From Clostridia bacterium (lineage in GTDB: Bacteria; Bacillota; Clostridia; Oscillospirales; CAG-272): a stretch of 64,000 bases of DNA. Location of the stretch: positions 5,750 to 69,749 of the forward strand of contig JAFVRG010000015.1 of NCBI GenBank assembly GCA_017504405.1, given 5' to 3'. Shown here piece after piece: positions 20,457 through 29,596 of this stretch; position 1 is the stretch's first letter; every line of letters starts with the position of its first letter. The position numbers were made by a program, and so were the translations under genes. Below the pieces are notes generated by a model. The model had not been told where the DNA came from. It ran no database searches and saw only the letters and a program-made list of their open reading frames with translations.

Positions 20457-21647
20457 TTAGGCGAGGTCGCTGATAGCACGCAGCTCCTGCTCAGTCGGCG
20501 CCAGTACCTTCTTTTTCAATTCAGGTAGCTTTGGCTTAAAGTTTATTTCTCCCTTAGGCTTAGGAGTGAGCTTCTTTGCCGCACTGAACACGGTTCTGAA
20601 CCAGCTTTTATCATTCTTCTTTTCATAAAGCTCGAAGGTATCAATGTATTCCTCCATAGGCATACGCATTCCGAGCGAATATCTTAATGTCAGATTTCTG
20701 ACTGTGACCCTTGGCTTTTCCCGTATTTTCGCCATATTGATTGTGGAAAAGCATTCCTGTTCATGCTCTACAAATATATCGTATGCATTAGCGACGGGTT
20801 TAACACCGCTTTGCATCAATTCAAGCGGCAGAGCCGAATTGGGCTGGGTGACGTTTGCAGGTATTACGTACATCGGCTTTTGTTGCTTTTTGAGCAATGA
20901 CGCCGTAAGTGATGTACCTCCGCCTATTCTTCCCTCAACTATCAATGTGCAGTTTGCAATTCCGCCGAAGAGTCGGTTTCTCTCCCGAAATCTAAGGTCA
21001 TGAAATGGCGTACCCGGAGCATATTCGCTGATTATCGCTCCGCCACTGTTGAGGAGTGCCAACCGAAGATTTTTGTGGGTTTTCGGATAGACCACGTCAA
21101 CACCGAATGCAACAATTGCAGCAGAAACGCCGCCCACAGCCAGTGTTGCCGCCGTAGCGAGTGCGTCAATTCCGAGTGCAAGACCGCTGACTACAATACC
21201 GCCGCTGATTGCAATATCGGATGATATATTGGTACACATCTCAGCTCCGTACGGTGACATATGGCGTGCGCCCACAAACGATACCGAAAATCCGTTATTA
21301 AAATCGGGGAATTTGCCGAGGCAATAAAGCACCGGCGGTGGATTTTCAATTGTTTTCAGACGCTTTGGATAACGGGGATCGTCATAACAAATTATCTGTA
21401 TCCCTGTCGCAAAGCACCTGTTCATTATCCTCTGCGCAACCGAGGTATCCTTGTCCAACAAAATGTTTATTTCGTTTTCGGTAAGAACCTCGGTTTTCCG
21501 ATACGCCTCCTCGTCAGCAAGATATATATCGCCGACAGTAGGAAAAAATTCGGAAAGGCGGGCTAAAACAGAGTTTACCCGTTTGAATTTTTCGGATAGC
21601 CATATCGCACTGAGAGAATTGCTGACCATTATCTTCTCTGCTCCCAC
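20457..21647 (-). CDS. dprA: DNA-processing protein DprA (Rossmann-fold body, truncated before the winged-helix domain)
   Basis: PPPVLYCLG...FVGARHMSPYG...VVSGLALGIDA DprA motifs; dprA-topA synteny. Confidence 0.85.
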   Translation of the reverse strand: MGAEKIMVSNSLSAIWLSEKFKRVNSVLARLSEFFPTVGDIYLADEEAYRKTEVLTENEINILLDKDTSVAQRIMNRCFATGIQIICYDDPRYPKRLKTIENPPPVLYCLGKFPDFNNGFSVSFVGARHMSPYGAEMCTNISSDIAISGGIVVSGLALGIDALATAATLAVGGVSAAIVAFGVDVVYPKTHKNLRLALLNSGGAIISEYAPGTPFHDLRFRERNRLFGGIANCTLIVEGRIGGGTSLTASLLKKQQKPMYVIPANVTQPNSALPLELMQSGVKPVANAYDIFVEHEQECFSTINMAKIREKPRVTVRNLTLRYSLGMRMPMEEYIDTFELYEKKNDKSWFRTVFSAAKKLTPKPKGEINFKPKLPELKKKVLAPTEQELRAISDLA

Positions 21648-22453
21648 ATAAATATTGCCGCCGCAACCGAGGCGTTGAGCGATTCGGTTTTGCTTGATAT
21701 AGGAATATAAACGCTTCCGTCACAAATAGCGGAAATTTCTTTGTCAATACCGTGTCCCTCGTTGCCTATAATAACCGCATCGGAAGAGCTGAGTCGGGCA
21801 TCGGAGAGTGATACTGCGTTTTCCGACAGCTCAGCCGCAAACACTCTGCGTCCGCTCTGCTGAACCGCCCGTATAGCTGAGGAAAAATCCTCAACAGAAT
21901 CAATCCTGACACGGAACAAGCTGCCCATAGCCGCCCTGAGTGCCTTTGGGCTGAGCGGGTCTGCACAGTCTGCGCTCAATATAATCCTATCAGCGCCGAA
22001 GGCTACCGCAGAACGTACAACTGCGCCAAGATTCGAGGGATCCCGCATCGAGTACAGAAATATCATTCTTTCTTGAGGCGAAAAAGTCCCTATATTATTT
22101 ATTATATTATATTTTTTATAATTGTCAAGAGATTTTATCACCGTAATTATGCCTTGGGGCGATTTTTCGGTAGAAATTTTTGAAAAACAGTGCCCCTCAA
22201 GAATGTAAACAGGAACGTTTTCATAACGGGTTTGAGCATAGCTTTCGATGAGCTCTATCAATTTATCCGCACGGGAATTAAGCAAAAATACGCACTCAAT
22301 GTCAAGAGATGAAGACACAGATTCGATAAACAGCTTTTCCCCCTCTACGATAAATGAGCCGCTTTTTTCCCTCCCCTTTTTGTCGAGTAGCGATGCGGCG
22401 TAAAGCACGTTTTTGTTCGTTCTTGACGTGATAACTCCGTCAATTATCTTCAT
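21629..22453 (-). CDS. TrmH/SpoU-family RNA methyltransferase
   Basis: IIGNEGHGI and ESLNASVAAAIFMWE SpoU motifs; SD AAGGGGGA 7 nt upstream of ATG 22453. Confidence 0.75.
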   Translation of the reverse strand: MKIIDGVITSRTNKNVLYAASLLDKKGREKSGSFIVEGEKLFIESVSSSLDIECVFLLNSRADKLIELIESYAQTRYENVPVYILEGHCFSKISTEKSPQGIITVIKSLDNYKKYNIINNIGTFSPQERMIFLYSMRDPSNLGAVVRSAVAFGADRIILSADCADPLSPKALRAAMGSLFRVRIDSVEDFSSAIRAVQQSGRRVFAAELSENAVSLSDARLSSSDAVIIGNEGHGIDKEISAICDGSVYIPISSKTESLNASVAAAIFMWEQRR

Positions 22454-22530
22454 AATAAAGTCCCCCTTTAATGCAAAAAGGTGTATGCCGCAAAAATACA
22501 GCATACAACATTCTGCCTTAAATTATCCAT

Positions 22531-22567
22531 GAAAAATAAAGCAAAAACCCGAATTCACATTCGGGTT
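22531..22567 (-). terminator. rho-independent terminator after rplT
   Basis: Minus strand: AAACCCGAA-TGTGAA-TTCGGGTTT followed by TTGCTTTATTTTT. Confidence 0.55.
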
Positions 22568-22575
22568 TATATTGC

Positions 22576-22929
22576 TTAAAGTGCAGCCTTTGCCTTCTCT
22601 GCGAGAGCCGCAAATGCGTCCTTGTCGGATACTGCAATCTCGGAAAGCATCTTACGGTTGAGATCGATGCCTGCGAGCTTCAGACCGTGCATAAGGGTGG
22701 AATAGTTCATTCCGCAAACCTTAGCCTGAGCAGAAATTCTGGTTATCCAGAGAGCACGGAAGTCTCTCTTCTTCATCTTACGACCGGCGAATGCATAGTT
22801 GCCGCTCTTGAGAACAGCCTGCTTCGCCATCTTGAAATGCTTACTCTTAGCACCCCAGTAGCCCTTAGCGGCCTTCAAAGTGCTCTTTCTTCTTTTGCGC
22901 GTCATCATAGCGCCCTTAACTCTTGCCAT
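22576..22929 (-). CDS. rplT: 50S ribosomal protein L20
   Basis: [29 protein letters not shown] signature; infC-rpmI-rplT operon. Confidence 0.95.
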   Translation of the reverse strand: MARVKGAMMTRKRRKSTLKAAKGYWGAKSKHFKMAKQAVLKSGNYAFAGRKMKKRDFRALWITRISAQAKVCGMNYSTLMHGLKLAGIDLNRKMLSEIAVSDKDAFAALAEKAKAAL

Positions 22930-22967
22930 TTTATCTAATCCTCCAAATTTTCTGAATAAAGCTGTGC

Positions 22968-23162
22968 TTACTTGTTAATAAGCGTTCTGATAGCAGGTGC
23001 CATGGATTCGCTGAGGTAATCGCCCTTGCGAAGTCCTCTCTTGCGCTTTGCGGTCTTATGACCGAGGTTGTGGCGGTGGTTTGCGTGGTTCATCTTTACT
23101 TTGCCGCTTCCGGTGAGTGAAAATCTCTTCGCAGAAGCCTTATGTGTCTTAATCTTTCCCAT
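22968..23162 (-). CDS. rpmI: 50S ribosomal protein L35
   Basis: [14 protein letters not shown] signature; SD GAAAGGAAG 7 nt upstream of ATG 23162. Confidence 0.9.
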   Translation of the reverse strand: MGKIKTHKASAKRFSLTGSGKVKMNHANHRHNLGHKTAKRKRGLRKGDYLSESMAPAIRTLINK

Positions 23163-23232
23163 TTTGGTTCTTCCTTTCATATTTTAGGCTGTGCCTGAAT
23201 TTATCATACAAATTCTTGCGAATGTATAAACC

Positions 23233-23760
23233 TTACTTATTCTTTACGGGAGAAAGAATAACCGATGCTATTCTGCCCTCCATAACGGGTTTCTTGTCAG
23301 TCGTGCCATAATCCTTGCACGCCTCGACAAACTTTTGAAGCATGGCATATCCGATATCGGTGTGTGCCATTTCTCTGCCCTTGAATCTGACAACCGCTCT
23401 GACCTTGTCGCCGCCCTGCAAAAACTTGATTGCCTGGTTTGTACGGGTTTCAAAATCATGAACGTCAATACGGCAGGAGAGCTGTATCTCCTTAACCTTG
23501 GAGGTCTGCTGATTTTTGCGTGCCTCCTTCTCTCTCTTTGTTCTGTCAAAGCAGTATTTTCCGTAATTCATCGCCTTACATACAGGCGGTGTTGCGTTTG
23601 CTGCCATGAGAACAAGGTCAAGATCACGGGAATATGCATATTCCTTAGCATCAGCAAGGCTCATGAGTCCGAGCTGCTCGCCTCCCTCGCCAATCATTCT
23701 GACTTCCTTGGCTTTGATTTCATCATTGATGGGCAAATCCCTATCATTAGTAGCGCTAAT
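23233..23760 (-). CDS. infC: translation initiation factor IF-3 (probable ATT start)
   Basis: INDEIKAKEVRMIGEGGEQLG IF-3 N-domain. In-frame ATT at 23760-23758 lies 9 nt after GGAGG; TTG 23736 has no usable SD. Confidence 0.85.
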   Translation of the reverse strand: MSATNDRDLPINDEIKAKEVRMIGEGGEQLGLMSLADAKEYAYSRDLDLVLMAANATPPVCKAMNYGKYCFDRTKREKEARKNQQTSKVKEIQLSCRIDVHDFETRTNQAIKFLQGGDKVRAVVRFKGREMAHTDIGYAMLQKFVEACKDYGTTDKKPVMEGRIASVILSPVKNK

Positions 23761-23905
23761 GGTTTCGTACCTCCATTAAAAAATAAAAAATGCGCACAGA
23801 AATCCCGTACACATCAAAAAAACAAGGTGTATTAACCGGATGCGCTCAATTGCGATACGGTGAGAACGGAAATTCTGCTTTGTTTTAGGTTGAATTACTC
23901 AACGC
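23761..23905 (-). promoter_or_regulatory. about 150-nt 5' leader of infC-rpmI-rplT (position of the Firmicute L20 leader)
   Basis: Long untranslated stretch between the predicted promoter and the infC start. Several small hairpins; no covariance check possible here. Confidence 0.25.
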
Positions 23906-23910
23906 ACATT

Positions 23911-23939
23911 ATAATAACACAGGTTTTTCATTTTGTCAA
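23911..23939 (-). promoter_or_regulatory. sigma-A type promoter of the infC operon
   Basis: Minus strand: TTGACA (23939-23934), 17-nt spacer, TATTAT (23916-23911). Confidence 0.55.
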
Positions 23940-23967
23940 TAGTTTTTTTCATTATTTTTTATTGTGC

Positions 23968-23996
23968 TTGCTTTTTTTCATTGAATATGATAGAAT
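23968..23996 (+). promoter_or_regulatory. sigma-A type promoter of the GH31 gene
   Basis: TTGCTT, 17-nt spacer, TGaTAGAAT (extended -10), about 27 nt upstream of ATG 24024. Confidence 0.5.
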
Positions 23997-24023
23997 TTAA
24001 CTGTAAAAAACGGAGGTAACCCT

Positions 24024-26186
24024 ATGATAATAGACAATATAAGAATTACCCCTTTAACCGAATCACTTGTAAGATTTGAATACTCCCCCAACGGAGCCTT
24101 CAACGATTTCCCTACGCTTTTCGCAGGGAAAGCCAAGACAACCGAGGGGAAATATTCATTTATTAATAATGACGGAGCATTTGTTTTCGATTGTGGATTG
24201 ATAAAGCTCACCTGTACGGATGGCAAAAATCCCCCCGCCACCGATACTCTGTATGCCGAAATCGGAGACTTCAAATGGAAATACGGAGACAAGAATACGA
24301 AAAATCTCGGCGGAACGCTCTCTACCCTTGACGGTGTCAGTGGCTGGAAGCAGGTTGATGAGGGCGTGCTTTCCCGTGACGGCTGGTACGTTATTGACGA
24401 TTCCGCTAAGCCTATTATCAAGGATGAGTGGATTGAAAACAGCCCGTATCCCGACAATATTGATATTTACATATTCGGTTACGGAACTGATTACAGGAGT
24501 GCCCTTTCCTCGCTCGCTTACATATCGGGAAAGGCGGAATTGCCGAGAAAATATACGTTTGGCTCCTGGTATTCAAGGTGGTGGCCGTACACCGAGCAGG
24601 AAATCAGGGATATTGTAAAAGAGTACAAAGAACACAATTTTCCCCTCGATATAATGGTAATTGATATGGATTGGCATTATAACGATTGGCAGCTCCACGG
24701 CGACGAGGAAGTTGACAAAAAGGTGCGAGCTACCGCAGGTAAAGGGCACGCCGATAACCTCGGTTGGACGGGATACACCTGGAACAGGCGGCTGTTTCCC
24801 GACCCAAAGGCACTGCTTTCCGATTTGCACAAGGATTCTGTTTACGTAACGCTCAACGACCATCCTGCCGACGGCATCAGAGACAATGAGGAATTTTATT
24901 CCGATTTTATGAAGAAAATGGGTCTGCCGTCAAATGAAAAAACAAACCTTGAATACGATGCCTCGGATAAGCGGTATATGCAGGCGCTTTTTGATTCCGT
25001 ACATTCAAGGCTTGAAAAAGACGGTGTTGATTTTTGGTGGGTCGATTGGCAGCAGGATTATCTTTTCCCTCATATAAAGGGAATACCGACACTTAAACAC
25101 CTTCCCTGGTTGAATTATCTCTATTATAATCATATGAAGAGGGACGGAAATCGAGGAATTTCATTCAGCCGTTGGGGCGGATTCGGAGATCAGAAGCACC
25201 CGATATATTTTTCGGGTGACACAAAATCCACCTGGGAAACACTTGCATTTGAGGTGTGGTTTACCGCAGCGTCGGGCAACACCCTATGCTTTTACTGGGG
25301 TCACGACACGGGCGGATTCTTTGGCGACCGTGATGCTGAAATGTATGTTCGTTGGACTCAATTCACCGCATTTTCCACCAGCCTCCGTGCTCATTCGCAA
25401 AGAGACCCCCTGCTTGACAGGCGTCCCTGGATGTGGGGAGAGATGGCAGAAAACGCTATGCGTGATATGTATCATCTGCGCTCAAGGCTCATTCCTTATA
25501 TCTATTCAACTGCTTATCAGGCATATAAGGAGGATATTCCTGTAATCCGTCCTATGTATCTTGAATATCCCGAAATAGAAGCCGCCTACGAATACAAAGG
25601 ACAGTATATGTTCGGAGATGCGTTCATTTGTGCTCCGATAACCTCTGCCGGAGAGGGCGAAAAATGCGTCGCAACTCATAGGGTATGGGTACCAAACGGT
25701 AAATATTATAATTTCTTCACTAACGAAGAATACGCACCGAATTCTGAGGCGGAAATAACCTGTGACATCAATACGTTCCCGCTCCTGATTAAGGGAGGCG
25801 TACCCGTTCCGATGCAGAATTACAGCGACAGAATGACCTCGGCGGTGTGCGACGAGTTAACCGTTCTCTGCTATCCTGGTGACGGCGGCAAATTTACGCT
25901 CTATGAGGATGACGGAATATCCGACGGATATAAGAACGGAGAGCATCTTAAAACCGAGATTTCTTATGAGAACAACGGCAATAATGCAGTTATGACTATC
26001 ACCCCTAACGGAAAATACGAGAAAATGCCCGAGCTACGTGGATATACTCTTAAATTTCCATGCACTGACAGGCAATTCACCGTTAAGGCAAGCGTGCCTG
26101 TTTCCGCAGAATACAAGAACGGCGTTAACACTGTAAGAATAGAGAAAATCGATACACTCGCCTCTATTCGCATCGAATTCTCATAA
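24024..26186 (+). CDS. glycoside hydrolase family 31 protein
   Basis: 720 aa; WYSRWWPY...MVIDMDWH...FWWVDWQQ...YFSGDT motifs typical of GH31; SD GGAGG. Confidence 0.85.
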   Translation: MIIDNIRITPLTESLVRFEYSPNGAFNDFPTLFAGKAKTTEGKYSFINNDGAFVFDCGLIKLTCTDGKNPPATDTLYAEIGDFKWKYGDKNTKNLGGTLSTLDGVSGWKQVDEGVLSRDGWYVIDDSAKPIIKDEWIENSPYPDNIDIYIFGYGTDYRSALSSLAYISGKAELPRKYTFGSWYSRWWPYTEQEIRDIVKEYKEHNFPLDIMVIDMDWHYNDWQLHGDEEVDKKVRATAGKGHADNLGWTGYTWNRRLFPDPKALLSDLHKDSVYVTLNDHPADGIRDNEEFYSDFMKKMGLPSNEKTNLEYDASDKRYMQALFDSVHSRLEKDGVDFWWVDWQQDYLFPHIKGIPTLKHLPWLNYLYYNHMKRDGNRGISFSRWGGFGDQKHPIYFSGDTKSTWETLAFEVWFTAASGNTLCFYWGHDTGGFFGDRDAEMYVRWTQFTAFSTSLRAHSQRDPLLDRRPWMWGEMAENAMRDMYHLRSRLIPYIYSTAYQAYKEDIPVIRPMYLEYPEIEAAYEYKGQYMFGDAFICAPITSAGEGEKCVATHRVWVPNGKYYNFFTNEEYAPNSEAEITCDINTFPLLIKGGVPVPMQNYSDRMTSAVCDELTVLCYPGDGGKFTLYEDDGISDGYKNGEHLKTEISYENNGNNAVMTITPNGKYEKMPELRGYTLKFPCTDRQFTVKASVPVSAEYKNGVNTVRIEKIDTLASIRIEFS

Positions 26187-26190
26187 ATAA

Positions 26191-26222
26191 AAATGCGGCG
26201 CCACCGCCGCATTTTACTTTTT
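26191..26222 (+). terminator. rho-independent terminator after the GH31 gene
   Basis: AAATGCGGCG-CCAC-CGCCGCATTT followed by a T-rich run. Confidence 0.7.
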
Positions 26223-26281
26223 CTATTTTTCTTTGTCATTTTACACAAAACAAGCCTTGAAAAATTGTACAACATTCCATC

Positions 26282-26310
26282 TTTACAAGTAGCGTTTTTG
26301 GTGGTACAAT
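26282..26310 (+). promoter_or_regulatory. orphan sigma-A type promoter
   Basis: TTTACA (26282-26287), 17-nt spacer, TGgTACAAT (extended -10, 26302-26310). No ORF start follows within about 200 nt. Confidence 0.5.
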
Positions 26311-26317
26311 TTATATC

Positions 26318-26397
26318 ACACAAGCAAAAGCGATTGGCAAAATATCAAGCGTATGATATTATCCGTGCCGACCGCTTTCAGCCTTGTGTTTTTTTAT
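26318..26397 (+). ncRNA. candidate small RNA or attenuator: rod-like hairpin plus U-tract
   Basis: Nested helices 26318-24/26383-89, 26327-32/26373-78, 26334-38/26367-71 and 26341-47/26354-60, then T7 (26389-26395). Begins about 7 nt after the -10. Confidence 0.35.
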
Positions 26398-26525
26398 TCC
26401 CTTACATCTAATTTGTCCAAGTTTAAAATAATTTCTAAAATGTATAGATTTTTTCTGTTTTATATGTTATAATATATAAGTTAAAATATACCCTGAATTC
26501 AATTTGGGTGAAAAAGGATAGAAAA

Positions 26526-28958
26526 ATGCAAGCAAAGATTAAAGAAAAAATGGTTATTACGTTGCCAATGATTGCCCTGCGTGGCAATGTGGCTTTCCCG
26601 AATATTCAGCTCGAAACCGAGCTTTCACGCCCCTTCTCAATTAAGGCGTTTGGCAAGGCGGCGAGTGAGAAAACACAGATTTTCCTGATAGCGCAAAAGG
26701 AATTGGAAACCGACGTCCCGAATCTGCGTGAGCTATTCAAAACGGGAACTGTATGCAATATCAAAAACGCATCTAAAAACCCCGACGGAACGGTATCCGC
26801 CTCCTTTGAGGGTGTTTGCCGTGCCAAAATAATCGACCTTTCCTACGATGACGGTTATCTTACTGCCGTTGTTGAGCCTAAGACGGAACGAATGGGCTCT
26901 GTTAATCCCGAAACCGTCGGTTTAATGCAGGATATAAGTGCATCGGTGGCTAAGATACGTGAATATGTCCGCTCTATAACCGAGGAATTTACAGTTGCTG
27001 CGGCATCAGTAAAGAGCCCTGCAATGTTTGCCGATTTCATTGCCTCGGGAGCGCTTTTCAACTACATAGCAAAGCAGGAAATTCTCGATTCCCTCATTCC
27101 TACGCAAAGGCTTGAAAAGCTCGCTGTTCTTCTACAAGAGGAATTAGAGCTCGCAGAATGTGAATTCAAGATACATAAGAAGGTAAAATCAAAGGTAGAT
27201 GCACAGCATAAGGAATTTTATCTACGTGAGCAGATGCGTGCCATTCAGCACGAGCTCGGCGAGGATGATGACGATATATCCGAGCTTTCCGATAAGATTG
27301 AGCGTGCTAAGCTACCAAAGGAAATGAAGGAAAAGCTGGAAAAGGAGCTTTCCCGACTTGCTAAAACGCCCTTCGGCGCCGCAGAGGCAACGGTTCTGCG
27401 CAACTACATAGAAACCTGCCTTGAAATTCCATTCTCAAAGCTGACTCCCGAGCGTGTCAACATCGAAACCGCAAGGGAAATACTTGAGCGAGATCACGAC
27501 GGACTTACCAAAGTAAAGGAAAGAATACTCGAATACATTGCGGTAAAGCAGATTTCCCCCGACGTTCGCAATCAGATAATATGCCTCATAGGTGCGCCGG
27601 GAGTTGGTAAAACCTCGGTTGCTCGCTCGGTAGCTGATGCGTTGGGCAGAAAATACGCACGTGTTTCGCTCGGCGGTATACGTGACGAGGCTGATATTCG
27701 CGGACATCGCAAAACCTACGTAGGAGCAATGCCCGGTAGAATCATTGATGCTCTCATTAAGGCTGAGGTTATGAACCCTGTTATGGTTCTCGACGAGCTT
27801 GACAAGCTTACTCGTGACAATCACGGCGATCCGTCCTCTGCCCTGCTCGAGGTGCTTGACCCCGAACAAAACAAGTATTTCCGTGACCATTTCGTAGAGA
27901 TGCCGATAGATCTCTCCGACTGCATATTTATAGCAACCGCAAACAGCTATGACGGTATTCCTCTCCCTCTGCTTGACAGAATGGAGATAATTGATATTCA
28001 GTCGTATTCCAGAGAGGAAAAGCTGAGCATAGCAAAAAATCACCTGATACCCAAGCAGCTCCGCCTGCACGGAATGGAAAAGTACGGCATTTCCTTTGAA
28101 AATTCCGCTATATACACGGTAATTGACGAATATACCAAGGAGGCGGGCGTCCGTAACCTTGAAAGGAAACTGGCGGCTATCATACGCAAAACTGCAAAGA
28201 GGATAGCTATGTCCGAAACCGCCGATTTTTCAATATCCTCCGAAACTGTAATTGATATGCTGGGCTCTAAGAGGATAGAAGGCGAGAAAATATCCGAAAC
28301 CGACCTTGTCGGTGTGGTAAACGGCCTTGCCTTTACACAGGCGGGCGGAGACCTTCTCAAAATAGAGGCGGCTGTTATGCCCGGAAGCGGAAAACTGGAG
28401 CTTACCGGCTCTCTTGGCGACGTTATGAAGGAATCCGCGAAGCTGGCGTATAGCTACGTGCGCTCTCTTTCTCCTTGCATTAACGTAGACACCGCATTCC
28501 ACAGCAACAGCGATATACACATTCACTGTCCTGAGGGCGCAGTTCCTAAGGACGGACCGTCGGCGGGCGTAACTATGATGTGCGCTATCGTTTCTGCGCT
28601 TTCCGGAATAGCTGTAAAGAGAAATATTGCCATGACAGGTGAGCTTTCACTGACAGGCAGAGTTCTGCCGATAGGTGGACTTCGTGAAAAAACTATGGCG
28701 GCGCACGCAGCAGGTGTTACATGCGTACTTATACCCGAGGGTAACCGAAAGGATCTCGACGAAATTGATCCCGTTGTTAAGGACAGCCTTCGCTTTGTAT
28801 TCTGCAAGACCGCAAGTGACGTGCTGCAAAATGCACTATGCGATTACAAATCACTCAAAAAGGATACAGCACCGCTCTGCCACGATTTATCCCCAATAAA
28901 TGCGTTAAATCACACAACAAATCAACCTCCGCTCGGAGCAAAGCCAACAAGAATTTAA
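26526..28958 (+). CDS. lon: ATP-dependent Lon protease
   Basis: LON N-domain, Walker A GAPGVGKTS, Walker B VMVLDELDK, protease Ser in PKDGPSAGVTM. ATG 26526 preferred over GTG 26508. Confidence 0.9.
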   Translation: MQAKIKEKMVITLPMIALRGNVAFPNIQLETELSRPFSIKAFGKAASEKTQIFLIAQKELETDVPNLRELFKTGTVCNIKNASKNPDGTVSASFEGVCRAKIIDLSYDDGYLTAVVEPKTERMGSVNPETVGLMQDISASVAKIREYVRSITEEFTVAAASVKSPAMFADFIASGALFNYIAKQEILDSLIPTQRLEKLAVLLQEELELAECEFKIHKKVKSKVDAQHKEFYLREQMRAIQHELGEDDDDISELSDKIERAKLPKEMKEKLEKELSRLAKTPFGAAEATVLRNYIETCLEIPFSKLTPERVNIETAREILERDHDGLTKVKERILEYIAVKQISPDVRNQIICLIGAPGVGKTSVARSVADALGRKYARVSLGGIRDEADIRGHRKTYVGAMPGRIIDALIKAEVMNPVMVLDELDKLTRDNHGDPSSALLEVLDPEQNKYFRDHFVEMPIDLSDCIFIATANSYDGIPLPLLDRMEIIDIQSYSREEKLSIAKNHLIPKQLRLHGMEKYGISFENSAIYTVIDEYTKEAGVRNLERKLAAIIRKTAKRIAMSETADFSISSETVIDMLGSKRIEGEKISETDLVGVVNGLAFTQAGGDLLKIEAAVMPGSGKLELTGSLGDVMKESAKLAYSYVRSLSPCINVDTAFHSNSDIHIHCPEGAVPKDGPSAGVTMMCAIVSALSGIAVKRNIAMTGELSLTGRVLPIGGLREKTMAAHAAGVTCVLIPEGNRKDLDEIDPVVKDSLRFVFCKTASDVLQNALCDYKSLKKDTAPLCHDLSPINALNHTTNQPPLGAKPTRI

Positions 28959-28976
28959 CAAAAGACAGGTTATTAA

Positions 28977-29579
28977 ATGAAATTAAACACTAATAACACA
29001 CGCCTTACAATGAGTGCGGGCACCGTCAAGCAGTTTCCGTGTGACAGAGTCCCCCAGATTGCATTTTCGGGACGCTCCAACGTGGGAAAAAGCTCGCTGA
29101 TTAACACAATGCTCGGCAATAAATCCCTTGCCAGAGTCAGCTCTAGTCCGGGAAAAACTATAACTATAAATTTTTTCAACATCGACAAAAAGCTTTATTT
29201 TGTCGACCTGCCCGGCTATGGGTATGCAAAACGCTCATACGACGGCAAAGAGGTCTGGTCTGCTCTCACGGATTCTTATTTTTCCAAGAATCCAAATGCT
29301 GATTCCATACGCCTTGTTTGTCAGCTGATTGACGTGCGTTGCGGCCCGACGGACGATGATATTATGATGATAAACTATCTTATCGACTCGGGTATTCCCT
29401 TCAAGGTGGTAGCCACAAAAACCGACAAGCTGAGCAAAACTGCCCTCAAAGCGAGAATAGACGAATTAAAGCACGAATATTTTGAAGGAACTGATATTGA
29501 TATTCTGCCCTTTTCCTCCGTCACACGTGACGGCAAGGAGCAGCTGTGGAGCGAGATATTCAAGCACGCTAAAATTTAA
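28977..29579 (+). CDS. engB: ribosome biogenesis GTP-binding protein YsxC/EngB
   Basis: GRSNVGKSSLIN, DLPGYGY and TKTDK GTPase motifs; lon-engB synteny. Confidence 0.85.
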   Translation: MKLNTNNTRLTMSAGTVKQFPCDRVPQIAFSGRSNVGKSSLINTMLGNKSLARVSSSPGKTITINFFNIDKKLYFVDLPGYGYAKRSYDGKEVWSALTDSYFSKNPNADSIRLVCQLIDVRCGPTDDDIMMINYLIDSGIPFKVVATKTDKLSKTALKARIDELKHEYFEGTDIDILPFSSVTRDGKEQLWSEIFKHAKI

Positions 29580-29596
29580 TTCTTTTGGAGATAATC

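Noticed and set aside
20457-20459. Stop-codon reassignment (TAA read as sense) as the explanation for the dprA break.
   Set aside because: Other genes checked by hand in this window end at TAA exactly where their families end (galE, rnc, the GH31 gene), and the winged-helix tail itself ends at TAA. A local mutation or sequencing error is far more likely.
23978-24457. 159-aa minus-strand ORF overlapping the GH31 start and promoter.
   Set aside because: Antisense to the well-supported GH31 gene, and it runs through the GH31 promoter.
26193-26411. 72-aa plus-strand ORF (MRRHRRILLFLFFF...) between the GH31 gene and lon.
   Set aside because: It starts inside the GH31 terminator hairpin, crosses the orphan promoter and the rod hairpin, and is low complexity. 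The RNA-structure interpretation fits better.
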